Below are positions 28,572 to 37,085 of a DNA stretch of 64,000 nt, one piece after another. The notes under the pieces were generated by a model. That model saw only the letters and a list, made by a program, of their open reading frames with translations, made no database searches and was not told the DNA's origin. Location: assembly GCA_029246705.1 (NCBI GenBank), contig JAQWMQ010000041.1:142-64141 (forward strand), in the 5' to 3' direction. Source of the stretch: Phycisphaerales bacterium. Lineage in GTDB: Bacteria; Planctomycetota; Phycisphaerae; Phycisphaerales; SM1A02. A program made the position numbers and the translations under genes. Positions within the stretch are counted from its first letter, which is position 1. Every line of letters starts with the position of its first letter.

Positions 28572-30086
28572 ATGACCGACTCACGACCAATACGGGAAGC
28601 CACCGCGGATCCGCTCGAGGAGTACCTGCGAAACATCACGCGTCGTCGCTTCTTCGGTTCCATGGCCTCGACCATGGGTGCCGGCCTGGGTTCCCTCGCA
28701 CTCGGTTCGGTGATGAACGAATCGAAATCGGGAGATTCACTGATCGACCTCGGCAGTGAACCCGGCCAGGTGCTCGCGAATCTCCCGCACTACGCGCCGA
28801 AGGCCAAGCGTGTGATCTACATGCACATGGAAGGCGCGCCCAGCCAGCTCGACCTCTACGACTACAAGCCGAAGCTCCAGGACGAGTACAACGCCGACCT
28901 TCCCGAATCGATTCGGAACGGTCAGCGCATCACCACGATGACCAGCGGGCAGGACCGATTTCCCGTCGCGCCGACGATGTTCAAGTTCAACCGTCACGCG
29001 AACAACGAAGACGGCGTGATGATCTCCGAACTGCTGCCGCACACCGGAAGCATCGCGGACGAGATCTGCCTGATCCGGTCGATGCACACGCAGGCGATCA
29101 ATCACGAACCCGGCATCACGTTCTTCCAGACCGGCTCCGAGCAACCCGGCCGACCCTGCTTCGGTTCATGGGCCAGCTACGGACTCGGGAGCATGAACTC
29201 GGATCTGCCGACCTTCGTGGTGATGATCACGCAGGGCAAGGGCAACATGCAGGCGTTGAGCGCCCGTTTCTGGGGGAGTGGCTTCCTTCCGAGCGAGCAC
29301 CAGGGCTGCAAGCTGCGCGCAGGTCGTGACGCGGTGCTCTACCTGCGCGACCCGGACGGGGTGAATCGCGAGGATCGTCGCAGGATGCTGGACCTGGTGG
29401 CGCATCTCAACGAGGAGGAGTTCGCGGACAGTCTCGACCCCGAAGTCCGCGCGCGCGTCGCCCAGTACGAGATGGCGTATCGCATGCAGATGTCGGTTCC
29501 GGAGCTCACGGACATCTCCGACGAGAGTGAATCGACCCTCGAGATGTACGGTCCGGATGTCCGCACGCCCGGAACCTTCGCTGCGAACTGCCTGCAGGCA
29601 CGGCGCCTTGCCGAACGCGGAGTTCGGTTCGTCCAGCTCTACATGCGCGGCTGGGACCAGCACGGCAACCTGCCGACCGAGATCCGTGCCCAGTGCGAAG
29701 CGGTCGACCAGCCGCAGGCCGCCTTGATCAAGGATCTCAAGCAACGTGGCATGCTTGATGACACCCTCGTCATGTGGGCGGGTGAATTCGGCCGAACCGT
29801 CTACAGCCAGGGTGCGCTCGCCAGAAACAACTACGGACGGGACCACCACCCCAGGTGCTTCTCGATCTGGCTGGCTGGTGGCGGCATCAAGCCCGGCATC
29901 AGTTATGGAAAGACCGACGACTATTCCTACAACATCGTCGAGAACCCGGTGGAGGTTCATGACCTTCACGCGACGCTCCTGCACCTGCTGGGCTTCGATC
30001 ACCGGGGACTGACCTACCGGAACCAGGGTCGTGACCACCGTCTGACCGACGTTCACGGAAAGATCGTCAAGCCGATCATCACCTGA
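28572..30086 (+). CDS. DUF1501 domain protein (alkaline-phosphatase/sulfatase-like superfamily) with Tat signal
   Basis: Twin-arginine motif TRRRFFGSMASTMGAGLGSLALG. SQLDLYDYKP, GEFGRT and GRDHH motifs typical of DUF1501. 10 nt after the PSCyt gene. Confidence 0.9.
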   Translation: MTDSRPIREATADPLEEYLRNITRRRFFGSMASTMGAGLGSLALGSVMNESKSGDSLIDLGSEPGQVLANLPHYAPKAKRVIYMHMEGAPSQLDLYDYKPKLQDEYNADLPESIRNGQRITTMTSGQDRFPVAPTMFKFNRHANNEDGVMISELLPHTGSIADEICLIRSMHTQAINHEPGITFFQTGSEQPGRPCFGSWASYGLGSMNSDLPTFVVMITQGKGNMQALSARFWGSGFLPSEHQGCKLRAGRDAVLYLRDPDGVNREDRRRMLDLVAHLNEEEFADSLDPEVRARVAQYEMAYRMQMSVPELTDISDESESTLEMYGPDVRTPGTFAANCLQARRLAERGVRFVQLYMRGWDQHGNLPTEIRAQCEAVDQPQAALIKDLKQRGMLDDTLVMWAGEFGRTVYSQGALARNNYGRDHHPRCFSIWLAGGGIKPGISYGKTDDYSYNIVENPVEVHDLHATLLHLLGFDHRGLTYRNQGRDHRLTDVHGKIVKPIIT

Positions 30087-30237
30087 CAGGCTTCAACCGC
30101 CGTGGCAGGGAGCAACTCTCGAAAAGGTTGAAGGCCTCGAGGGGGAATCGGTCGAGGGTAGTCAGCATATGACTTCAATGAGACAGGCCATTCCACCTCG
30201 TTCATGGCATTCGGTTTCGAACGAGGTTCGATGGTAG

Positions 30238-31758
30238 ATGGTCATGGAAGACGAATCATCCGAAGAGCTTCTTGAGGGTGACGTCCTTGACAACCTGCCT
30301 CGTCGCTCGGTTCGAAGCGGCGCTGCGGTCCTGATCGCGCAAGGTGGGATCCTTGTCCTGGGCCTGGTGTCTGCTGCAGTGCTGGCCCGCCTGCTCAGTC
30401 CCGACGACTATGGATTGATCGGGATGGCGGCTGCGTTCATCGCATTCATCACCAATTTCGCCGATCTCGGGCTGCCTCTCGCCACCGTCCAGAGAGAACG
30501 GATCTCGCATGCCCAGTTGAGTTCGCTCTTCTGGATCAACGTCCTGGTGGGATGTCTCACCTTCTTGCTCGGTATCCTGCTTGCCTGGCCGGTGGCGTGG
30601 TTCTACGACAAGCCAGCGCTGATTCCGGTGGTGATGGGACTCGCCATTCCGTTCATCTTCACCGGACTCGGCGCTCAACAGGAAGCGTTGCTTCGACGCA
30701 GGATGCAATTCACGCACTTGTCCGTGATAAGCATTCTCTCCAACCTGACCGGGATCACCCTGGCGATCGCATCGGCCCTCTCCGGAGCGGGATACTGGTC
30801 CCTCGTCATTCTCGCACTCGGCACCTCTGTCTCGAAGTGCCTGATGTTCTGGATCGTCTCGCCATGGCGGCCGTCACCGCCGAGATTGGTCGAGGGGCTT
30901 CGTCCCATGATCAGGTTCGGGGCGTACATCACCGGTACGAATCTGCTCGCCACCTTGGTGCGAAACGTCGACAAGATCCTGATCGGACGCCTGATCAGTG
31001 TTGATGCCGTCGGTTACTACATGAATGCAAGTCGACTTCTGGTCATGCCGATCTCCCAGTTGAACATGCCCTTGACGAGCGTTGCGGTTCCGACCCTGAG
31101 CCGACTGCAGAACGATCCCAAGCGGTATCGTGGCTTCTACCGTCGTGGAGTCGAGGGCATCTCGTCCATGACCGTTCCGGCCGTGCTTTTCTTCCTGATC
31201 AGCGCCGATTTCGTCGTTCCGGCGGTCCTTGGAGATCAATGGCTGCCGTCGATCCCCATCTTCAAGGCGCTGGCGCCTGCGGCGTTGTTGGCAGGCGTCA
31301 ATGTCGTGACTTCCTGGGTGTTCGTTCCGCTGGGTCATTCTGGACGCCAGTTCCGCTGGCATGTGTTCCGATCGTTCGTGGTCCTGATCGCCTATGCAAT
31401 CGGAGTGAACTGGGGCGCCATCGGCGTGGCGATCAGCTTCAGCGCTTCCGCGGTTCTTCTGCGCATCCCGGGGGTGCTCTGGTGCATCAAGGGGACCTGC
31501 ATTCGTTTCAAGGACGTCATCGATTCTGTCTGGCGGGCGTTCACTGCGGGGGGGATCGCTTCGGTCGTCGGAGTACTGGTGGCTTCCAGCTTTGACCCGG
31601 CGGTGGAACGTTTTCTGCCCATCCCGATCATCCTGGGTTGCTTTGCGATCACCTATGCGATCTGTTGGATCCTCCTTCCGGGTGGCTGGGGCCGGTTGCA
31701 CGTCATCAGGTCGACCCTTGCCCATCTGATTCCGGGCAGGGGTGCCCCCGAGGGCTGA
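30238..31758 (+). CDS. Wzx-like polysaccharide/oligosaccharide flippase (MOP/PST family)
   Basis: 506 aa and about 12-14 TM helices. N-terminus RSVRSGAAVLIAQGGILVLGLVSAAVLARLLSPDDYGLIGMA is the canonical PST-family opening. Confidence 0.8.
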   Translation: MVMEDESSEELLEGDVLDNLPRRSVRSGAAVLIAQGGILVLGLVSAAVLARLLSPDDYGLIGMAAAFIAFITNFADLGLPLATVQRERISHAQLSSLFWINVLVGCLTFLLGILLAWPVAWFYDKPALIPVVMGLAIPFIFTGLGAQQEALLRRRMQFTHLSVISILSNLTGITLAIASALSGAGYWSLVILALGTSVSKCLMFWIVSPWRPSPPRLVEGLRPMIRFGAYITGTNLLATLVRNVDKILIGRLISVDAVGYYMNASRLLVMPISQLNMPLTSVAVPTLSRLQNDPKRYRGFYRRGVEGISSMTVPAVLFFLISADFVVPAVLGDQWLPSIPIFKALAPAALLAGVNVVTSWVFVPLGHSGRQFRWHVFRSFVVLIAYAIGVNWGAIGVAISFSASAVLLRIPGVLWCIKGTCIRFKDVIDSVWRAFTAGGIASVVGVLVASSFDPAVERFLPIPIILGCFAITYAICWILLPGGWGRLHVIRSTLAHLIPGRGAPEG

Positions 31759-31779
31759 CCCATTTAATGCCGGTTTAGC

Positions 31780-33051
31780 ATGACGGTCGTGGCTTGTATT
31801 TCCGTTATTATCCCTTGCATGGGTATCGAACAGATCAGACACGAGGACAGCTTTGGGCATCGTGCAACGACGGCGTTGCAGGAGGTGCGATTCTCACTTC
31901 TTGGTGTCTTTGAGTCGATTGATGACCTGAACGGGCAGCGGCCCATCGATCTTTCACGCCTCCTCGGCATTGACATGAAACTTGCCTGGAAGGCATCACG
32001 ACTCGTTCGTTCGGTCAACCCCGCTGAAATCCTGAATGAGCTCCCCGGTCGTCCCGGCTTCAAGAAACTGACCATTGCGGCCCAGAAGGCCGGGGCTTCA
32101 TCCGAGTCGATCGATCACCTTCGAGCGGCATACGAGACATTGAATTCGGAGATCGTGTCCCTCTCCGGAACACGCTCCCTCTTCGAAACGATGATCACCG
32201 GTCTCGGTTCCAACGTGGACACACCGCTTGCGGTTGAACAGCGGCGGCAGTTCTTCAACGGTGCTCGTGCCGTCTCCGGTAGTCAGTGTAACAGTTGCTA
32301 TCGACTGGACATCCTTGGTCCCTCATCCAAGGAAGGCTTCCTCGACTGCGCGACGATCAGGATGTCGATCGGTCTGGTGAAGTTCCATGTCACCGCTCCC
32401 TGGCGCATTCGACTGCCAGCTGTCCTGGATGACACTGGAAAGCGAAGTCGCCCTAGCAGGTGTGAACCCATCGGTTCCGCTCCTGGGGGATCAGAGCCGT
32501 CTTCCCCCCTGGTCAGCGAACTGTGCAGCGGCCCCGAGGTGAATCTGCTTCCGATCAACAGTGCTCAAGGAATCTGCGAGTACAGTTTCGAGGACAAGCT
32601 CATCGGCCCCGGATCAAAGCGGACGATCGCGATCGGCGAGGTGCTCAGGCAAGCTGAACCCGCCGTCGCCACCGACAGCCACCACGGCATCCACCAGATC
32701 ATGCGACTGCGGACCCCGATGGAATCTGCGGTGATGGATGTGCTCATGCACCGGGACACCTTCGCCTCCTCCGGCGATCCACGCCCGATCATCTATTCGG
32801 ATCTCTTCGGTGAACGCAGTGTTTCGACGTATCGGGAGACCGACCGGATGCCGATTCCGATCACGATCACGAACATCGACAACCCGGCTCTGGCTTCGGC
32901 TCCCAACGGCATGGACTCCGAGGCTTTCAGCCGCGTGCACGAGATCGCATTCGAGAAGACGGGCTGGTCGTTGGGCGACTTCCGCTACCAGCGAATCGAA
33001 CTCGCCTATCCGCCGGTTCCCTCGAGCCTGGTCTACGAAGTGGCATTGTAA
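31780..33051 (+). CDS. Hypothetical protein, no recognisable family (possible N-terminal HTH)
   Basis: 423-aa ORF 22 nt after the flippase gene on the same strand. The only hint is PIDLSRLLGIDMKLAWKASRLV near the N-terminus. Start uncertain (31780 or 31819). Confidence 0.5.
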   Translation: MTVVACISVIIPCMGIEQIRHEDSFGHRATTALQEVRFSLLGVFESIDDLNGQRPIDLSRLLGIDMKLAWKASRLVRSVNPAEILNELPGRPGFKKLTIAAQKAGASSESIDHLRAAYETLNSEIVSLSGTRSLFETMITGLGSNVDTPLAVEQRRQFFNGARAVSGSQCNSCYRLDILGPSSKEGFLDCATIRMSIGLVKFHVTAPWRIRLPAVLDDTGKRSRPSRCEPIGSAPGGSEPSSPLVSELCSGPEVNLLPINSAQGICEYSFEDKLIGPGSKRTIAIGEVLRQAEPAVATDSHHGIHQIMRLRTPMESAVMDVLMHRDTFASSGDPRPIIYSDLFGERSVSTYRETDRMPIPITITNIDNPALASAPNGMDSEAFSRVHEIAFEKTGWSLGDFRYQRIELAYPPVPSSLVYEVAL

Positions 33052-33082
33052 GAAGCGGGTTTCACGAACTCGTGATCTTCGC

Positions 33083-34018
33083 CTAGAAGCGCCATTCGTC
33101 GCTTGTCAGGTTCACCTTGAGTTCATCCCGGAGCCGTCGGTTGCTCCGTCTGATCCGCGTGTCGTTCGCGTCGATGAATTCCCGGATCACCTTTTCGTGT
33201 CTTTCCTGGAAATGCCTTCGCATGCGAAGTGGTGCGTGGGTGGACAGGAACAATGCCATCTTCTTCCAGAGGGCGTACAACCCCTCCGACTCCAATGGCG
33301 GTCCGGGATTCATGCTGGTTCGCCGGTGGAGAAGGTTCCCCCTTCGGAGGATCGCTGCTTCCAGTGGGTGTGGTCGCGCGTACTTCACTTCCTGGGAGAT
33401 TTCGGTGACGGGTTCTGCGCCAATGAAGTCGCAGATCGTGTTCATGTAGGCGATGGAATCCTTTTGCAGCAGTTCGAAATCAAGTGCCAGGACTCGTTCC
33501 CTGCCGAACCGTCTTGCATACTCCGTGACGATTTCGTCATGCAGGAGATAACTCGGTTCGAAATGAGGTATCCGGAAGTCTCCTGGGTGGTGCGGTCGAA
33601 GATAGTCATTTGCGGAGCAGTACAGTCCGATGCGAACCGCCTGGCACCAGATCGATTCGAGCTGTGACTGCTGGTCTCTCAGGATGACCAGGATCTTCGC
33701 ATCCGGACATAACCGCTGAAGTCGTTCTGCGGTCCTGTTCATGTCGAATGCCCCTGAACTGGGGTTTCCCGAGAAGCGTTCATGTGAAAGCACGGGGATA
33801 CCACCCCTTGATCTCACTGCTTCACATCGCGAATCGAGTTCCATTCGCAGGACATCCGCAGGGAAATCGGCATTGCACGGCTTGATGATCTTGCGTGCGA
33901 GGTCGGACCGATCCGGCCATGCATCGACGATGGGAGTTCCTTCATCCGGAAGGGCGGTCTGCTGGAACCAGGTCGATCCCGTTCGATGCAGTCCGATGTG
34001 TATCAGGAGCTCCGACAT
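33083..34018 (-). CDS. Sulfotransferase-family protein
   Basis: PAPS 5'-phosphosulfate loop IHIGLHRTGSTWF at the N-terminus and ILVILRDQQSQLES about 90 aa later. ATG 34018 shares one base with the DUF2304 stop (TGATG); the track start 34036 is a TTG. Confidence 0.7.
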   Translation of the reverse strand: MSELLIHIGLHRTGSTWFQQTALPDEGTPIVDAWPDRSDLARKIIKPCNADFPADVLRMELDSRCEAVRSRGGIPVLSHERFSGNPSSGAFDMNRTAERLQRLCPDAKILVILRDQQSQLESIWCQAVRIGLYCSANDYLRPHHPGDFRIPHFEPSYLLHDEIVTEYARRFGRERVLALDFELLQKDSIAYMNTICDFIGAEPVTEISQEVKYARPHPLEAAILRRGNLLHRRTSMNPGPPLESEGLYALWKKMALFLSTHAPLRMRRHFQERHEKVIREFIDANDTRIRRSNRRLRDELKVNLTSDEWRF

Positions 34019-34371
34019 CAGCGTGTATCTTCGCAATCACCATCCCTGTCGACCTCAATGATCGAGAGCTTCCGTACCAGGAGGGTGAACTCCTTGCGTA
34101 TCTGCCTGAGCCGGAGATACATGGAGAAGAAACCGATCGTCATGATGATCACCACGATGTAGAGAAGCAGGTCAGCGCCCCGGTGGATGCCGACGCTGTT
34201 GGCCAGAGTGGTCGTGATGTTCGGGTTCAACAGGGCAATGATCCCGAAGACCCAGACCAGGATCCAGAGCAGGCTCGGAATCCGGCCAAGTCGTTTCGTG
34301 ACCATCGCTCCGATGCTGATCAGCAGGAAGATGATCATCGCGGTGATGCCGATGTACTGGAATCCGGTCAT
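34018..34371 (-). CDS. DUF2304-like small membrane protein
   Basis: 117 aa, 3-4 TM helices, then an amphipathic tail LRLRQIRKEFTLLVRKLSIIE. ATGA overlap with the GT2 stop at 34368-34371. GT2 + DUF2304 is a recurrent gene pair. Confidence 0.55.
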   Translation of the reverse strand: MTGFQYIGITAMIIFLLISIGAMVTKRLGRIPSLLWILVWVFGIIALLNPNITTTLANSVGIHRGADLLLYIVVIIMTIGFFSMYLRLRQIRKEFTLLVRKLSIIEVDRDGDCEDTR

Positions 34372-35063
34372 CCGAAGACCCTTGAGATGATGTAGTGGAA
34401 GAGGATCCTGAATCCGCCGGTCCAACTCTGTCCCTTGCCGAGGGAGTACGCCGTGTATTCGATCTTGACCGGGTATTCTCGAATCACGAGGTCGCCGGCG
34501 AAGAGTTGGTCGATGATCTCGCTTGCGTGGGCCATTCGGTCGTTGGTCAGCTGGACCTGGCACGCCGCCTTTCGAGAGAGGACGCGAAGGCCGTTGTGCG
34601 CATCGGTGAGATTCGTTCCGGAGATCAGCTTCTGGAGGGTTGAGGCACAGCGCAACAGGACCCTCCGGCCGGTGGGGATCGAATCCCTCGTCTCCTTGTC
34701 GAGGAACCTCGAGCCCAGGGCCGCATCACATTCCCTGGCTTGGACCAATTCCACCATGTCGACCATGTCGATGATCCGATGTTGCCCGTCGGCATCGAAG
34801 GTGGCGATGATGTTCGCGCCACGTGAGAGTGCGTAGTCGATCCCGGTCTGGAGTGCAGCTCCCTGGCCTCGGTTCACGAAGTGCTTCAGCAAATGAGGGG
34901 TGTGTTTCCGTGCGATCTTGCTGGTTTCATCCGACGAACCATCGTCGATCACGACGATCTGGTAGCCGGTCGTCGCCACCTCGGCAAGGACTTCCCCCAG
35001 TATCGGGCCTTCGTTGAAGGCGGGGATGATGACGAAGATGTCTTCGTGTGTCGGTGTAGTCAC
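34368..35063 (-). CDS. GT2 polyprenyl-phosphate sugar synthase (DPM1/GtrB/ArnC-like)
   Basis: 231 aa, soluble. VIIPAFNEG ... IVVIDDGSSDET ... FDADGQH ... matches the dolichyl/undecaprenyl-phosphate glycosyltransferase pattern. GTG start. Confidence 0.85.
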   Translation of the reverse strand: MTTPTHEDIFVIIPAFNEGPILGEVLAEVATTGYQIVVIDDGSSDETSKIARKHTPHLLKHFVNRGQGAALQTGIDYALSRGANIIATFDADGQHRIIDMVDMVELVQARECDAALGSRFLDKETRDSIPTGRRVLLRCASTLQKLISGTNLTDAHNGLRVLSRKAACQVQLTNDRMAHASEIIDQLFAGDLVIREYPVKIEYTAYSLGKGQSWTGGFRILFHYIISRVFG

Positions 35064-35093
35064 AATGTCCTTATCGGGGCGAGATCACACAAT

Positions 35094-35115
35094 ATCAAAG
35101 TAACGATCAAAGTAA
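35094..35115. promoter_or_regulatory. Tandem direct repeat ATCAAAGTAA-CG-ATCAAAGTAA in a divergent promoter region (candidate operator)
   Basis: Two exact 10-mers at 35094-35103 and 35106-35115 (12-bp period) in the AT-rich 81-bp gap between divergent genes. They are bracketed by an imperfect inverted repeat CACACAATATC (35086-35096) / GATACTGTGTG (35132-35142). Confidence 0.3.
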
Positions 35116-35144
35116 GTGCAGCTAATTCTGCGATACTGTGTGTT

Positions 35145-37085
35145 ATGGGATCAAGTCGCGAAAGTACAGCCCCGCCTGGTCACACTTCACAAACAGTGTT
35201 GGTGGCATGCATTCTGGTCGGATTCCTGCTCCTCACCTGGCAGGGGGCTCTCGATGCTGACTTCGTGCTCGATGACCATCCCGTCATCGTGGAACAGGAA
35301 GGGCACATGCTCGGGCCAAAAGCGGTCTCGCGGGCCTTGGGGGCGGTTCGGCCGGTTACCGAGCTGACCTTCGTGCTCGACGCCCGCATGCATGACATGT
35401 CACCGCGCGGTTGGCACTGGACGAACCTGGTCATCCATCTCTTCGGTGCTCTTGCCTTGTTCGAGCTCGTCAGGCGATGCGCCTCGCTGGTGCTGTCGCG
35501 ATCACGGCGGTGTGGTTGTCCCGCGCGACTTGCACTTGCCGTCGGTTTCGTCACCGCGCTTCTCTGGTCGGTGCATCCGATCCACACGGAAGTGGTTTCC
35601 TACGTGGTCCAGCGATCGGAAGCACTTGCCGCACTGTTCGGTTTTCTTGCGCTCCTGTGCCTGGTGCTGTCTTTCGAGCAGGGCAAGTCCCTGCTCTGGA
35701 GCATTCCCGTATTCATCCTGGTTCTGCTCGCTTTGGGGTCGAAGGCCAGTGCGGTCTGCCTTGCCCCCATGCTCCTGCTTCTGGACTGGGGCGTTCTCGA
35801 GGGCAGCTTCGGGAAGGCGATCAGGAAGCGGTGGCCCCTGCACCTGGTGGCCTGGGTCCTGGTGATCGCATTCACCATCAGGGAGATCCTCTTCAATGGG
35901 CTGTTGGATGCGACTCCTGATCAGGCGGTCGGCGTGGGGCTGGGTGTTCGTGGTCAGGACGCACTCACCTATTTTCTTGCCCAGCTGGAGGCGGTTCCCG
36001 TCTACCTCGGGCTGATCATCTGGCCCAACGAGCTGCTCATCGATCGTCCCGACCGGACCGGTTCCTGGTCGACCGCGCTCATACCGGGGATCCTCTTTCT
36101 CATCGGCTGGCTTGCCGTCGGGTTGACGGGCCTGTCTCGTGGAAGGTGGTGGGGGGCGGTCATGTTGATGGCCATCATCGCGATCATGCCCAGTTCCTCC
36201 TTCATTCCGGTGGCGGACGTCATCGTCGAGCATCGGCTCTACCTGCCTCTTGCCCCGCTCGCGGTCCTGTTGGTCGGTGGTCTGGCGGGTGTCCTCCTCG
36301 CCACGAGCGAAAGAGGTTTCAGGCCTTCCTGGTTGCCCGTTTCACTGGTCGCTCTCTTCCTGGTCGTGATCGTCTCGCTTTCCGCGATACGAACCGATGC
36401 ACGCAACCTGGACTACGCCTCCCCCGGGATCCTGTGGTCACAGGTACTGGGAGCCGATACCGGAAGCGTCCGGGCGCGCATCAACTACTCAAGTGAACTG
36501 CTTCGCAAAGGTCGACACCAGGAAGCACTTCCATACATCGAGGAGATCCTCGCCACCCACCCGAGCAACCTTCAGGCACACATCAACGCCGGGATCGTGC
36601 TGCTTGCACTGGACCAGCCGGTTGAAGCCCTGATGCATCTTCGTATCGCGGAGGAGACCTACAGCGGGCACCCTTCCATGCATGCCGCGTTGGGCGACGC
36701 CGAACGGTCCCTGGGCAATCTCGAATCCGCGGAACACCACTTCAAGCGGGTCATCGAGCGACAGCCCAGCGATGCTCGGACCTGCCTGGTCCTGGCCAAT
36801 GTCCTGCAGGAACAAGGGCGCCTCGAGGAATCGATCGAATACCAGGAACTTGCCATAGGCATACTCCAGGGGGGGGTTGATCGTGAACTCCTGCATTCGG
36901 CGCTCATGAATCGGGGAAGTTCGGCATTTCAACTCGAACGTTGGTCCGAAGCTGCCGACTATTACCGGGAGGCCATGGCGACCGCGCCGACCGACGAGCA
37001 ACGGGAACGGATCGGGCCATACTTCGAGGCGGCTACAGTGCGTTCGACCCAGCTCGAAACCGGCGAACAGCAAGATGATGAATGA
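35145..37085 (+). CDS. Polytopic membrane protein with C-terminal TPR repeats; TMTC/PMT-like GT-C glycosyltransferase candidate
   Basis: Real start is ATG 35145; upstream track codons overlap the divergent GT2. The first loop motif DADFVLDDHPVIV resembles the DFVFDD loop of TMTC-type O-mannosyltransferases. About 10 TM helices, then TPRs (HQEALPYIEEILATHPSNLQAHIN..., LGNLESAEHHFKRVIERQPSDA...). Confidence 0.7.
   Translation: MGSSRESTAPPGHTSQTVLVACILVGFLLLTWQGALDADFVLDDHPVIVEQEGHMLGPKAVSRALGAVRPVTELTFVLDARMHDMSPRGWHWTNLVIHLFGALALFELVRRCASLVLSRSRRCGCPARLALAVGFVTALLWSVHPIHTEVVSYVVQRSEALAALFGFLALLCLVLSFEQGKSLLWSIPVFILVLLALGSKASAVCLAPMLLLLDWGVLEGSFGKAIRKRWPLHLVAWVLVIAFTIREILFNGLLDATPDQAVGVGLGVRGQDALTYFLAQLEAVPVYLGLIIWPNELLIDRPDRTGSWSTALIPGILFLIGWLAVGLTGLSRGRWWGAVMLMAIIAIMPSSSFIPVADVIVEHRLYLPLAPLAVLLVGGLAGVLLATSERGFRPSWLPVSLVALFLVVIVSLSAIRTDARNLDYASPGILWSQVLGADTGSVRARINYSSELLRKGRHQEALPYIEEILATHPSNLQAHINAGIVLLALDQPVEALMHLRIAEETYSGHPSMHAALGDAERSLGNLESAEHHFKRVIERQPSDARTCLVLANVLQEQGRLEESIEYQELAIGILQGGVDRELLHSALMNRGSSAFQLERWSEAADYYREAMATAPTDEQRERIGPYFEAATVRSTQLETGEQQDDE

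Noticed and set aside
30089-30136. Stem GGCTTCAACC / GGTTGAAGGCC after the DUF1501 gene
   Set aside because: The loop is 27 nt, one base is bulged, and there is no T-tract. It is not a convincing terminator or known RNA motif.
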